Position numbers and translations under genes: made by a program. 64,000 bases of DNA from Treponemataceae bacterium. Lineage in GTDB: Bacteria > Spirochaetota > Spirochaetia > Treponematales > Rectinemataceae. Location of the stretch: positions 256,001 to 320,000 of the forward strand of contig CAXXHO010000005.1 in assembly GCA_963667725.2 (NCBI GenBank), read 5' to 3'. The notes beneath the pieces were generated by a model. It had not been told where the DNA came from. It saw only the letters and a program-made list of their open reading frames with translations, and made no database searches. This document shows positions 39,545-49,429 of this stretch, piece after piece; positions within the stretch are counted from its first letter, which is position 1, and the number at the start of each line of letters is the position of its first letter.

Positions 39545-40711
39545 TCAAGCGGTATGGACGAACTTGCCCTTGACCATGTTTATTATGACAGAGAAATCTC
39601 GAGAAAGGATAGCCAGATCGGCAAAAAAACCTGGGCTTATCTCCCCGCGCTTGGGCAGCTTGAGGATGCGCGCCGGGTTGGAGGAAGCCATCTTCACGGC
39701 AACCTCGAGAGGAATGCCAAACTGGACGAGGTTGCTGAGCCCGCTCAGCATGGTGAGAGAGCTGCCCGCGATGACATCGTCGCATTTCCTGTAGAAAAGC
39801 TTGTCGCTCAGGTACACAACCTCATGGTTCGCAACGAATGGTCCTTCTCCCTGCTCGGTCGGCTTGAGCGCGTCGGTGACGAGGACGATGTTGGTATCGG
39901 GTTTGTCCCGCACGAGAAGGCGGATGAGATCGGGATGGACGTGCTTGCCGTCGGCGATGATCTCGCAGGAAAGGTCGGGCTGGATGAGTATGGCGCCCAC
40001 GGCGTTGGGATTGCGGTGGTCGAGTCTGCTCATGGCGTTGAAAAAGTGCGTCGAATGGCGGATGCCGGCCTGCATGCCTTCCAGCATGTTTTCATAGCTG
40101 GCATCGGTGTGGCCGGCCTGGAGGACGATGCCGACCTTATTGCAGTAGAGGGCCAGTTCGCGCATGCCTTTCAGCTCGGGAGCCACGGTCATGTTGATGA
40201 TGTGCCCCTCGCTGGCGCTATACAGTCGGTGCATGAGTTCGAGGTCGACGGGACGCACGAATTCTGGGCGCTGCACGCCCAGTCTCGCCGAGGAAATGAA
40301 AGGGCCTTCCATATGGACGCCCAGGATGGTGGCGCCCTTTTCGAGCCCCATCGCGGCCACTATGGAACGTATGCCTTTCGTCATATCCTCTTCCGACATG
40401 GGATAGAGGGTGGGACAGAAGGCGGTGACGCCGAAAGCCGCCAGCTTCTCGGACATCATGAGGATAGAATCGGTGGAAAGGTCTTCGGTGCCGAAACCGG
40501 CAAAGCCGTGGATATGCGAATCGATAAGCCCCGGCACGAGGTAAGCGCCGTCGGCGTCGATGATGATGTCCTGCGCTGAAAAATGTTTCTGGAGAAAACG
40601 GCGTTCAGAAAAGACATCGACGATGATTTCGTCTTCGATGAGAACGGCGCTCTCGGGCATCTGGGCGTAGCCGGCGACTACGGTGGCATTGTGGATGCAG
40701 ATAGATGGCAT
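39545..40711 (-). CDS. nagA: N-acetylglucosamine-6-phosphate deacetylase
   Basis: PGLIDSHIHG, HMEGPFIS, TVAPE, GHTDA, THFFNAM, DGKHVHP, LVTDA, IAGS. Confidence 0.95.
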   Translation of the reverse strand: MPSICIHNATVVAGYAQMPESAVLIEDEIIVDVFSERRFLQKHFSAQDIIIDADGAYLVPGLIDSHIHGFAGFGTEDLSTDSILMMSEKLAAFGVTAFCPTLYPMSEEDMTKGIRSIVAAMGLEKGATILGVHMEGPFISSARLGVQRPEFVRPVDLELMHRLYSASEGHIINMTVAPELKGMRELALYCNKVGIVLQAGHTDASYENMLEGMQAGIRHSTHFFNAMSRLDHRNPNAVGAILIQPDLSCEIIADGKHVHPDLIRLLVRDKPDTNIVLVTDALKPTEQGEGPFVANHEVVYLSDKLFYRKCDDVIAGSSLTMLSGLSNLVQFGIPLEVAVKMASSNPARILKLPKRGEISPGFFADLAILSRDFSVIINMVKGKFVHTA

Positions 40712-40762
40712 ATTACTCCCCGCGTTTTTCGCTTAGCATATAATAAGCATAAATGGGGATAT

Positions 40763-40796
40763 AAAAAAAGCGCCGGAGCTCAATGCCCCGGCGCTT
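40763..40796 (-). terminator. Intrinsic terminator
   Basis: AAGCGCCGG..CCGGCGCTT stem followed by a T run on the minus strand. Confidence 0.75.
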
Positions 40797-40823
40797 CAAA
40801 GATTCTTGGTAACGGAAGGAACT

Positions 40824-42407
40824 TTATTCAGTGGCGCCCGAAGTGGCGTCAGCCTCGGGGGTTCCGCCCTCGGCCGGCGCTACCGTGGTGGTAGTCGTGG
40901 CCGCGGTATCGGCAGGGGCGGCGGTCGCATCGGCCGGCGCCGCAGTCGTGACGGTTGCTGCCGGCGCGACGGTCGCTGCCGGCGAGGCCTCGGTCGCGGG
41001 AGCCGCGCTCTGCTGGGCTTGGGCGGCCTTGAGTGCCTCGGTCCACTGCGTCTTCAGCTCCGCGATCATTCCGAAGACTTCGTTGCCCTCCGGATATGAT
41101 TTCTTGAAATACTCCTCGGCCTTTTCCAGATCGGCGAGCGCCAGGGTTATGGATTCCGGGGTCTGCGCCGTCTCGCCTGATAGCAGAGCCTTGTAGAAAT
41201 AGAGCGCGGCCAAGGCTTCATCGCCCTCCGCCTTCGCTATCGAGCGCTCCAGATACTTAAAACCGGACTCGGAGTCATTGACGGAGAGCCAAGTCGAGAG
41301 GACGGAGCGGATGACATCGGGATTGCCGGGGAAAGCCGCGGTCACGGCATCGGCAGCGGCGTCGGCCGCCATGGCGTCTCCAAGCTGAACCGCCACGACG
41401 TGACGGATCAAGCCCGGTATGTACTCAGAGGGGAAACTCAGTTCGAACCCGGTCACGTACTTTTCGAGCGTCACCTTGTCCGACGATGCCAGCCCCGCCT
41501 TGATGGCTTGGACATAGGCATTGTTCAGCTCGGTGGGGTCGACGGCCACGGCTATGACCTTGTCCACCAGGGGATACATCTCGGCGTAACGGCCCGTGGA
41601 GAAGTAGATCTCGGCCAGCCTAAGGCTGAGGAGATTGTTTTCCGGCTCGATAGCCAGAAGCTTGCCGAGCACCGACTCGGCCGCCTCGAAGCGCTGAAGA
41701 GCCACAAGTATCGCGGAATGCCTGTCCAGGCTCTGGGCCGTGAAGGTGTCGTAGGCCAGGGCGCGTTCGTAATTCTCGGCGCACTTGGCGAGTATTTCCT
41801 CGTCGGGCTGAAGCCACTGTCCCTGATAATTTGTCCATACCGTATGATAGAAATCGCCTAACATCATCGAAAGCACGGGGGGAATCGCTTCGCCCTTGTC
41901 CTCGATGGCCTTGGCCAGATCTCCGGGGTTGAATTCGACGGGATCGCTTATATCCACGCCGCCGGACCGGGCAAAGTCGAGGTCCTGACCTTCGGCGAGA
42001 TCGACGAATCCGAATACGAGGTGAAGCGTGTTCTGGGCATAGCCGTCGAGAGCGAGCCTGATCTTTTCGGCCAGGATAAAGGCATTGGCGTTCGCCGCGT
42101 CGTATTCAGACAGCAGCGCCCATGCGGAATGCCATTTCCCCAGGGTAGCCAGTTCTTCGGCCTTGGCGATGATCTCGCGATCGGCCGCGATGGCGTCAGC
42201 GAAGAAACTGGCGGCCGGAGTCGTAGCCTGGGCGACGGGTTCCGTAGCCTGGGCGACAGGGGGTGAAGCCTGCGCGGCCGGTTCCGAAACCGGGGCAACA
42301 GGTTCCTGCGTCTGCGCAAAAAGAAGTCCGGAAGCGGCGAACAGCAGGATCAGCGCCGCGGCCACTCTGGCCGCAGGCTTTATTTTTCGTATAGAGGATG
42401 ATTTCAT
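40824..42407 (-). CDS. Exported TPR-like helical-repeat protein with Ala/Thr/Pro-rich tails and a C-terminal DATSGAT motif
   Basis: Signal peptide (..GLLFAQ); TPR-like FEAAESVLGKLLAIEPENN..LAEIYFSTGRYAE; tail ends ..PEADATSGATE*; AAGGAG RBS. Confidence 0.8.
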   Translation of the reverse strand: MKSSSIRKIKPAARVAAALILLFAASGLLFAQTQEPVAPVSEPAAQASPPVAQATEPVAQATTPAASFFADAIAADREIIAKAEELATLGKWHSAWALLSEYDAANANAFILAEKIRLALDGYAQNTLHLVFGFVDLAEGQDLDFARSGGVDISDPVEFNPGDLAKAIEDKGEAIPPVLSMMLGDFYHTVWTNYQGQWLQPDEEILAKCAENYERALAYDTFTAQSLDRHSAILVALQRFEAAESVLGKLLAIEPENNLLSLRLAEIYFSTGRYAEMYPLVDKVIAVAVDPTELNNAYVQAIKAGLASSDKVTLEKYVTGFELSFPSEYIPGLIRHVVAVQLGDAMAADAAADAVTAAFPGNPDVIRSVLSTWLSVNDSESGFKYLERSIAKAEGDEALAALYFYKALLSGETAQTPESITLALADLEKAEEYFKKSYPEGNEVFGMIAELKTQWTEALKAAQAQQSAAPATEASPAATVAPAATVTTAAPADATAAPADTAATTTTTVAPAEGGTPEADATSGATE

Positions 42408-42580
42408 TCTCTCTCCTTGAAATGCGCTCGACCGCCTGATCCGGCGGCGCTATGGGTAATATCGGACAAATATACCATGGCGGGCAGGCTTTGGCATACT
42501 GTCTATTGAACAAACCGAGACTAGTTTTGTATCATGCGTCAGCGCGATTTAAGCACTATTTTCTGCGCAAAAGAAGCAGC

Positions 42581-43243
42581 ATGAGCACACCTATATGGGA
42601 TACTACCCTGATGCGCCGCATTAGCGCGCTGGATATGATATACGCGCGCGTCGAACGCGCCCAATCCGAATTCAGAAAAACCGCCGAGGACAAGGGATCG
42701 CCGATCTCCTGCCCCAGCCTCTGCGGGACATGCTGCATCCATTTCGTGCCCGACATGACGCCCATCGAGGCGGATCGGCTAGCCTATTACCTTCTTACCG
42801 AAAAACAAGAAATGATCGACCATTTCATGGCGCACAGAAAGGAAGCCGAGGTAATGGACTCGGCCTGCCCTTTCTGGGACATCGACAAGCCAGGACATAA
42901 CTGCATGATCTACCCGGCCAGACCCCTAATTTGCCGCCTCTTCGGATTCTGCTCGGTGCTGGACAAATGCGGAGAACCCGCCTTCGCGCTGTGCCGGCAG
43001 ATGCCCGACATCGCCGGCGGCGACAAAAGGCGATTTGTCGGAGTGGCGATGATGGAGCAACAGTTCGGCGCCATCCCTCCCCTCATGGTCGATTTTTCGC
43101 GGACCGTCGCCGCGCTCGACCCCTGCGACGCGGGAGAAAGGAATACGATCGACGAAGCCCTCCCGCCGGCGCTCTCAAGGGTTTCCCTCGTGCTGCGTCT
43201 CGCGGCTGACTCCTCCGAAGATCTGTCAGCATTGCCTGCTTGA
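42581..43243 (+). CDS. YkgJ family cysteine-cluster (CxxxCxxCC) protein
   Basis: CPSLCGTCC, CPF, CMIYPARPLICRLFG. Confidence 0.88.
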   Translation: MSTPIWDTTLMRRISALDMIYARVERAQSEFRKTAEDKGSPISCPSLCGTCCIHFVPDMTPIEADRLAYYLLTEKQEMIDHFMAHRKEAEVMDSACPFWDIDKPGHNCMIYPARPLICRLFGFCSVLDKCGEPAFALCRQMPDIAGGDKRRFVGVAMMEQQFGAIPPLMVDFSRTVAALDPCDAGERNTIDEALPPALSRVSLVLRLAADSSEDLSALPA

Positions 43244-43293
43244 AAAAATGGCGGGCAGGTTATACGGTATAGCTGGCCCAAAGCCGAAGAACA

Positions 43294-43938
43294 ATGAAGA
43301 AATACATCGTCCTGGCCGGCAATATCGGAGCCGGCAAATCCACCCTCGTCAGCCTCCTGGCTGACAAACTCGACTTCATGCCCTATTTCGAACCCGTCGC
43401 GGAAAATCCTTTCCTGAAGGACTTCTATGACGACATGAAGCGCTGGGCCTTCCATTCGCAGATCTTTTTCCTCACGAGCAGGGCCAAGGGACACAGGGAA
43501 CTCGTCAGCGACCCGCGCTCGGTGGTGCAGGACAGATCCCTCTACGAGGACGCCGAAGTCTTCGCGAAAAACCTCTTTCTGCAGGGAGCCCTCGGCGACC
43601 AGGAGTGGGCGACCTATCGCGAACTCTACCGAACGCTGGCCGCCATCCTTCCTCCTCCCGACCTCGTCATCTACATCAGGGCATCGGTCAAAACGCTGAA
43701 ATCCAGGATCGCCAAGCGCGGCAGGGATTTCGAAGCCAAAATACCGGATTCCTATCTGCAGGGTCTCAATACGCTCTACGAAGAATGGATACAGTCTTTC
43801 ACCCTCGCTCCCGTTCTCTCCGTGCCGGGCGACAGGCTCGATTTCGTGGAGGATTCCCATGATCTCGAGGCCATCGTCTCCACCGTGAGAAAGCGCCTCC
43901 AAGACAAGCAGACCATGCTCTTCCCCTACGAAATGTAG
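43294..43938 (+). CDS. Deoxynucleoside kinase
   Basis: AGNIGAGKST, EPVAENPFL, QDRSLYED, PDLVIY, RGRDFE. Confidence 0.93.
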   Translation: MKKYIVLAGNIGAGKSTLVSLLADKLDFMPYFEPVAENPFLKDFYDDMKRWAFHSQIFFLTSRAKGHRELVSDPRSVVQDRSLYEDAEVFAKNLFLQGALGDQEWATYRELYRTLAAILPPPDLVIYIRASVKTLKSRIAKRGRDFEAKIPDSYLQGLNTLYEEWIQSFTLAPVLSVPGDRLDFVEDSHDLEAIVSTVRKRLQDKQTMLFPYEM

Positions 43939-44024
43939 GGAAGGGTTCGGAGGATTTGCCGCCGCGAAAATTCAGCGCTATGTTATAGGAAGAAAAATTA
44001 CATTCAATACCAGGAGGACCATCC

Positions 44025-44555
44025 ATGGCCAAAATAACGCATAAAGGCAACCCGATTTCCACGATTGGAACCCTGCCCGCCCTTGGAAGCAAGGCGCCCG
44101 ATTTTCTGTTGACGAAGCGAGACCTGAGCGATGCGACCCTCGCGGATTTCGCGGGAATGGTGAAAATACTGAATATAGTGCCTAGCCTCGATACCGGCGT
44201 CTGCGCCGCGAGCGCCAGGGCTTTCAACAAAGCCGCCGATGGCCTGGGCGGCATCGTCGTGCTCACCATCAGCCGCGACCTGCCCTTCGCGCAGAGCAGA
44301 TTCTGCGAAGCCGAAGGCATCAAGGCCGTCGTGCCCCTTTCGGAACTCCGGAACCGGAATTTCGGAAAGGACTATGGCGTCGCCATCCTCGATGGGTTGC
44401 TGGCCGGCCTCCTCTCCCGCGCCGTCATCGTCCTCGATAAAGACGATAAAGTCGCCTACACCCAGCAAGTGCCGGAAATCGGCCAGGAACCGGACTACCA
44501 GAGCGCTCTCGAAGCGGCGAAAAAGCTACTTGCCTCGAATAAAGGGAATATTTGA
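44025..44555 (+). CDS. tpx: Thiol peroxidase (atypical 2-Cys Prx)
   Basis: PSLDTGVCA, SRDLPFAQSRFC, EPDY; AGGAGG RBS. Confidence 0.95.
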   Translation: MAKITHKGNPISTIGTLPALGSKAPDFLLTKRDLSDATLADFAGMVKILNIVPSLDTGVCAASARAFNKAADGLGGIVVLTISRDLPFAQSRFCEAEGIKAVVPLSELRNRNFGKDYGVAILDGLLAGLLSRAVIVLDKDDKVAYTQQVPEIGQEPDYQSALEAAKKLLASNKGNI

Positions 44556-45655
44556 TGAATTATGATGCCATCATCGTCGGCGCGGGCCTTAGCGGCTCGA
44601 CAGCCGCCCGCATACTGGCGGACAAGGGCAAAAAGGTACTCGTGGTGGAGAAACACCGCCACATAGCGGGGCATTGTCATGATTACCGCAACGAACATGG
44701 CATCACGGTTCATACCTACGGGCCGCATATCTTCCATACGAACAACGAGGAAGTGTGGAAATTCGTGAACCGCTTCACCGATTTCCACTATCTCCAGCAC
44801 AGAGTCCTCTCCTACGCCGACGGGCAGACCATTCCCTTCCCCATCAACGCCGATACCATCAATCAGGTCTTCGGAATTTCGATCGGCGTGGACGAGGTGC
44901 CGGCATTCCTGGCCGCCCAGGTAGCCCAATCGACCTTCAACGACCCTCCGCGTAATTTCAGGGACGCCGTCGTTTCCCAGGTGGGCGAGCGCCTCTACTC
45001 ACTTTTCTTCGAGAAATATACCTGGAAGCAGTGGGGACGTGACCCCGCTCTCCTCTCCGCCGACATCGCCAAGCGCATTCCCGTCCGCTCCAACCGGGAC
45101 GGACGCTATTTTTCGGACCGCTATCAGGGCATTCCCTCCAGGGGATACACCGCCATGGTGGACGCCATTCTCGACCATCCCAACATTTCTCTTCTTCTCG
45201 GGGCGGATTGGTTCGAAATCAAGGACGACTACGCCACGAACCTGACGATATTCACGGGAGAGCTGGACCAATTCTTCGGGTACAAATACGGCAAGCTCGA
45301 ATACAGGTCCCTGGACCTCGTCCTCAAGACCTTCGACATGGAAAGCTATCAGGAAGCGCCCGTCGTGAACTATCCCAACGATTACGACTGGACAAGAATC
45401 ACCGAATACAAGAAACTCCTGGACGAAAAATCGCCCCGGACGACCGTATGCTTCGAGTATTCCAAGGCTGAGGGCGAACCCTTCTATATCGTCATGACCG
45501 ATGAAAACATGGCCAAAAGGGAACGCTACATAGGCGAAGTGGAAAAGCTGGAGGCGGCCGGCACCCATCTCTTCATCGGAAGGCTCGCCCAGTACAAATA
45601 CTACAACATGGATCAGGTGATCGCCTCCACCATAGAAAAGGTAAAGGGACTATGA
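44555..45655 (+). CDS. glf: UDP-galactopyranose mutase
   Basis: IVGAGLSG, HTYGPHIFHT, YFSDRYQGIP, LEYRSL, TRITEYK, GRLAQYKYYNMDQ. Confidence 0.95.
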   Translation: MNYDAIIVGAGLSGSTAARILADKGKKVLVVEKHRHIAGHCHDYRNEHGITVHTYGPHIFHTNNEEVWKFVNRFTDFHYLQHRVLSYADGQTIPFPINADTINQVFGISIGVDEVPAFLAAQVAQSTFNDPPRNFRDAVVSQVGERLYSLFFEKYTWKQWGRDPALLSADIAKRIPVRSNRDGRYFSDRYQGIPSRGYTAMVDAILDHPNISLLLGADWFEIKDDYATNLTIFTGELDQFFGYKYGKLEYRSLDLVLKTFDMESYQEAPVVNYPNDYDWTRITEYKKLLDEKSPRTTVCFEYSKAEGEPFYIVMTDENMAKRERYIGEVEKLEAAGTHLFIGRLAQYKYYNMDQVIASTIEKVKGL

Positions 45656-46866
45656 AGAAGGAAATAATCAGCGGGATATTCAACGATTCCTACCCGCCTA
45701 TAACCGACGGCGTCGCGATGGTCACCAAGAGCTATGCCTTCTGGCTGAACCGTATCGCGGGACCTTCCTGCGTGGTGACGCCCGATATGCCCGACTATTT
45801 TGACCAGGAAGAGTTCCCCGTCTACCGTTTCCCTTCCATGCCCCTGTCGGTGAGACCTCCCTACAGGTTCGGCGTCAGCCTCATCGGGGAAGCCAAGGAA
45901 CGACGCCTTCGGGGCAACTCCTTCAAGGAGACTCTCCACACCAACATCTTTAATATCCCCTTCGATATCGTCCATACCCACAGTCCTTTTTCCTCTGGAC
46001 TCCTCGCCTACCGCGTCGCCCAGAAATGGAACATCCCCCTCGTCACGACCTTCCACACCAAGTATCGCGAGGATTTCATGCTTGCCATGAAGAGCAAGCT
46101 CCTGACAGACATTGCCGTTCGGCAGCTCGTGGAATTCTACAAAAAAGTGGACTACGTGTGGGTACCCAGCGAGGAGACGATCGAGACGCTGAGATCCTAT
46201 GGATTCAAGGGCGAGATTGAAGTTATGCCCAACGGGACAGACCTCATCGTGACCGACGAGGAACTCCCCGGCCTGCGTTCCTCTGGCGAAAAACTCTATG
46301 GAATACCCGCCGGAATTCCGATGCTGCTCTACATCGGCCAGCACATCAAGGAAAAAAATCTTGAGATCCTGATGGACTCCCTGGGAGTCCTGCACGCCAG
46401 GGGCGTCGATTTCAGGATGGTCTTCATCGGCGGCGGCTATTACGCCGACGCTCTTAAGGAAAAGGCGAAGGCCCTCGGACTTGGCGAGAAAGTGGCCTTC
46501 AAGGGCATCATCCGCGACAGGGAGCAGATCAAGCAGGCCTACGCGCGCGCCGACCTCCTCTACTTCCCTTCGCTCTACGACACCTCCAGCCTCATCGTCA
46601 AGGAATCGGCAGGCATGCGCCGGCCTTCCCTTCTCGTTCAGGGATCGTCGACAGCCGCGGGCGTGCGCGACGGCGAAAACGGTTTTCTCGCGGGAAATTC
46701 GGCCGAAAGCATGGCCGACAAGCTGCAGGCCCTCCTCGCCGACAAGTCACTGATGGATAAGGCAGGCCAGGGCGCCTACGAGACTCTCTACAGATCATGG
46801 GAGAGCGTTATAGACATGGTAGCGGAGCGCTACAGGCAGATACTTCGGGACTGGAAAGGGCGCTGA
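45652..46866 (+). CDS. GT4 glycosyltransferase (diacylglycerol glycosyltransferase-like)
   Basis: DSYPP..DGVA, HTHSPF, TFHTKY, PNG, KEKNL, FPSLYDT. Confidence 0.88.
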   Translation: MKKEIISGIFNDSYPPITDGVAMVTKSYAFWLNRIAGPSCVVTPDMPDYFDQEEFPVYRFPSMPLSVRPPYRFGVSLIGEAKERRLRGNSFKETLHTNIFNIPFDIVHTHSPFSSGLLAYRVAQKWNIPLVTTFHTKYREDFMLAMKSKLLTDIAVRQLVEFYKKVDYVWVPSEETIETLRSYGFKGEIEVMPNGTDLIVTDEELPGLRSSGEKLYGIPAGIPMLLYIGQHIKEKNLEILMDSLGVLHARGVDFRMVFIGGGYYADALKEKAKALGLGEKVAFKGIIRDREQIKQAYARADLLYFPSLYDTSSLIVKESAGMRRPSLLVQGSSTAAGVRDGENGFLAGNSAESMADKLQALLADKSLMDKAGQGAYETLYRSWESVIDMVAERYRQILRDWKGR

Positions 46867-46881
46867 ATCTTCATTGCCTTG

Positions 46882-46917
46882 GGGGCGCGGCCTAGGGGCA
46901 CCCCCAGGCCGCGCCTC
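46882..46917. terminator. GC-rich hairpin between convergent genes
   Basis: GGCGCGGCCT..AGGCCGCGCC stem; no clear U-tract. Confidence 0.45.
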
Positions 46918-47372
46918 TAGCCGGTGACGCTGCAGACCGTCCCGCCCGTGATGGACTGGAGCTGGGCAAAGGTCATTGGCACGCCCGTGGAATTCGTGCC
47001 CGCGGCGGGATAGATGGTTTCCCATTGGGAAAGGCTTTCATCAATATATATTGGAATATTCTCGACGCCGAAGGGGCAGACGCCGCCCGGCCAGAAGCCG
47101 GTGAGGGCGAAGGTGTCCTCGGCGCTGGTCATCGACATTTTCTCGCCGCAAAGCCGTTTGACTTTACCGGAGGAAATTTTCTTGTCCCCGGCGCAGACTA
47201 TCATGGCCGCGCGGTCAGAAGCTCCCCGAAAGAGCAGACTTTTCGCTATCTGTCCCACTTCCACGCCAATTTTCGCCGCGGCCGATTCGGCCGTGGGCGT
47301 CGATCCCTCTTCAAACTCAAGCGCCGCGAGACCGTTGGCGTCCAAAATCGCCTTAACCTTGTCTGGTATCAT
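46917..47372 (-). CDS. YbaK/EbsC family aminoacyl-tRNA editing protein
   Basis: QIAKSL, TGFWPGGVCPFG, YPAAG. Confidence 0.9.
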   Translation of the reverse strand: MIPDKVKAILDANGLAALEFEEGSTPTAESAAAKIGVEVGQIAKSLLFRGASDRAAMIVCAGDKKISSGKVKRLCGEKMSMTSAEDTFALTGFWPGGVCPFGVENIPIYIDESLSQWETIYPAAGTNSTGVPMTFAQLQSITGGTVCSVTG

Positions 47373-47452
47373 GGCTGCACATCATGCCACGACCCCGCGC
47401 GCTGGTCAATGAATAGACCCTGGCTTTCGGCGCGGGCGCGGCGCCTGGGCGG

Positions 47453-49216
47453 TCAGGACAGGCCAGTGATCTTGCCGGTCTCCGTATCGATATCCATTCC
47501 CATATAGCCGGGCTTGGAAGGCAGGCCGGGCATGGTGGTTATCTCCCCCGAAAGGGGATAGATGAAACCGGCGCCCGCGGCCAGACGGAGATCGTTGACC
47601 GGGAAGACATAGCCTTTGGGAACGCCCTTGAGAGCGGGATCGTGCGAGAGCGAATACTGCGTCTTGGCCATGCAGACGGGAAGATCCCCGTAGCCGAGGT
47701 CGCTAAATTTCTCCATCGCGGACTCGGCCTCGGGCGAATAGCTCACTCTGTCGGCGCCGTAGACCTCCCTCGCGAGGGTGTCGATCTTGTCGCGGATCGG
47801 CATCTCGAGGGGATAGAGGAACTTCACCGAAGAGGGCTGCGAGGCGGCCTTTTCCACGGCGCGAGCTAGGTCGGCCGCGCCCTCGCCGCCGAGTTCCCAG
47901 TTCCTCGCGAGGCAGGCATCGGAGGCGCCGGCGGCGAGGGCGGCTTCGCGGATGAGCCCATGCTCGGCTTCCGTATCGCTCGGGAAGGCATTGATGGCGA
48001 CGACGACGGGCAGGCCGAAGCTCCTGATGATGCCGATATGCGCCCTGAGATTATCGAGACCCTTGCCGAGCAGGGCGAGATCCTCATGCGTGTAGGCCGA
48101 GGCCAGGGGTTTCCCCGGGGTGACCTTGGGACCGCCGCCATGCATCTTCAGGGCTCTCACCGTGGCCACGAGGACGACTGCGTCGGGCATCATCCCGGAA
48201 GTCCTGCACTTGATGTCGATGAATTTCTCGAAGCCCATGTCGGCCCCGAAACCCGATTCGGTGACGACATAGTCGGCCACCCGCGCCGCCATCTGGTCGG
48301 CCAGGACGGAAGAGTTGCCGTGCGCGATATTGGCGAAGGGACCGGCGTGCACGAAGGCCAGCTGTTCCTCGAGGGTCTGGAGAATGTTCGGCTTGAGGGC
48401 GTCCTTCATGAGAATGGTCATGGCGCCAGCCACCTTCAAGTCCTCGGTGGTGACGGCCTTGCCTGACCTGTCCAAGGCCACGACGATCCTCCCCATGCGC
48501 TCGCGAAGATCGGCGAGGCTCGTGGAAAGGGCGAGAATGGCCATCACCTCGCTCGATACGGCGATGTCGAACCCGGTTTCGCGCAAGGGCCCATTTTCCA
48601 GGCCGCCAATGCCAACGATGATCTTGCGCAGCGTCCTGTCGTTCATGTCCATGACGCGACGCCACAGCACGTTGAAGGGATCGATGTTGAGCTTGCCGAA
48701 TCCCAGCTTCTCATAGTAGGCGTCCGACCAGCGGCTCTCGTGATACATGCGCGCGTCAAGGGCTGTGGAACAGAGATTGTGCGCGGCGCTTACGGCGTGG
48801 ATATCGCCGGTGAGGTGGAGGTTGAAATCGGCCATAGGCACGATCTGGCTGTAGCCGCCGCCTGCGGCGCCCCCCTTGATGCCGAAGGTGGGGCCCTGAG
48901 AGGGCTGGCGTATGGTCGCTATCGCTTTTTTCCCGATCCAGCCGAGACCCTGGGCGAGGCCCACGGTGACGGTAGTCTTGCCCTCGCCGAGGGGAGTCGG
49001 GGTTATGGCCGTAACATCGATATATTTCGCTCGCTTGGAGGCTGCCGGCCTGTCGCGGAGGAATTCCAGGCTCACCTTGGCCTTGTCGGTGCCGTAATGC
49101 TCCAGGTATCGCTCGTCGATGCCGTAGCGCCCGGCGATTTCGGAAATGGGCATTATGGTCGCTGCCTGGGCTATATCGATATCGCTCGGCACGGGATTGC
49201 TGCGGACTACGGACAT
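47453..49216 (-). CDS. fhs: Formate--tetrahydrofolate ligase
   Basis: TAITPTPLGEGKTT, KGGAAGGGYSQ, FNLHLTGDIHA, HAGPFANIAHG, KTQYSLS, MPGLP; GGAGG before ATG 49216. Confidence 0.97.
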   Translation of the reverse strand: MSVVRSNPVPSDIDIAQAATIMPISEIAGRYGIDERYLEHYGTDKAKVSLEFLRDRPAASKRAKYIDVTAITPTPLGEGKTTVTVGLAQGLGWIGKKAIATIRQPSQGPTFGIKGGAAGGGYSQIVPMADFNLHLTGDIHAVSAAHNLCSTALDARMYHESRWSDAYYEKLGFGKLNIDPFNVLWRRVMDMNDRTLRKIIVGIGGLENGPLRETGFDIAVSSEVMAILALSTSLADLRERMGRIVVALDRSGKAVTTEDLKVAGAMTILMKDALKPNILQTLEEQLAFVHAGPFANIAHGNSSVLADQMAARVADYVVTESGFGADMGFEKFIDIKCRTSGMMPDAVVLVATVRALKMHGGGPKVTPGKPLASAYTHEDLALLGKGLDNLRAHIGIIRSFGLPVVVAINAFPSDTEAEHGLIREAALAAGASDACLARNWELGGEGAADLARAVEKAASQPSSVKFLYPLEMPIRDKIDTLAREVYGADRVSYSPEAESAMEKFSDLGYGDLPVCMAKTQYSLSHDPALKGVPKGYVFPVNDLRLAAGAGFIYPLSGEITTMPGLPSKPGYMGMDIDTETGKITGLS

Positions 49217-49429
49217 TTTAACCTCCATGGACAGACCCTTCGAAGTATCGCCGTTCCGGCCTCATCCTCGAAAGGACTCGCTCGCGACCTCCCGCGAGAC
49301 TATTGATATTAAGATAACGTAATATAAGGGGAGTAAATGGTCAATGAAGCCATGATGGATCAATGAACCTCTTTTTGTCGGCTTTATCAAGACAGGGTAG
49401 GTCGGAAAAAAACAAAATTCAACCTTTTC

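Noticed and set aside
38672..40579. 635-aa plus-strand ORF spanning nagB and nagA
   Set aside because: Antisense shadow; reads through only because both genes share a frame
49230..49320. THF or ZTP riboswitch upstream of fhs
   Set aside because: GC-rich leader, but I could not find the conserved motifs of either class; an Rfam scan would settle it
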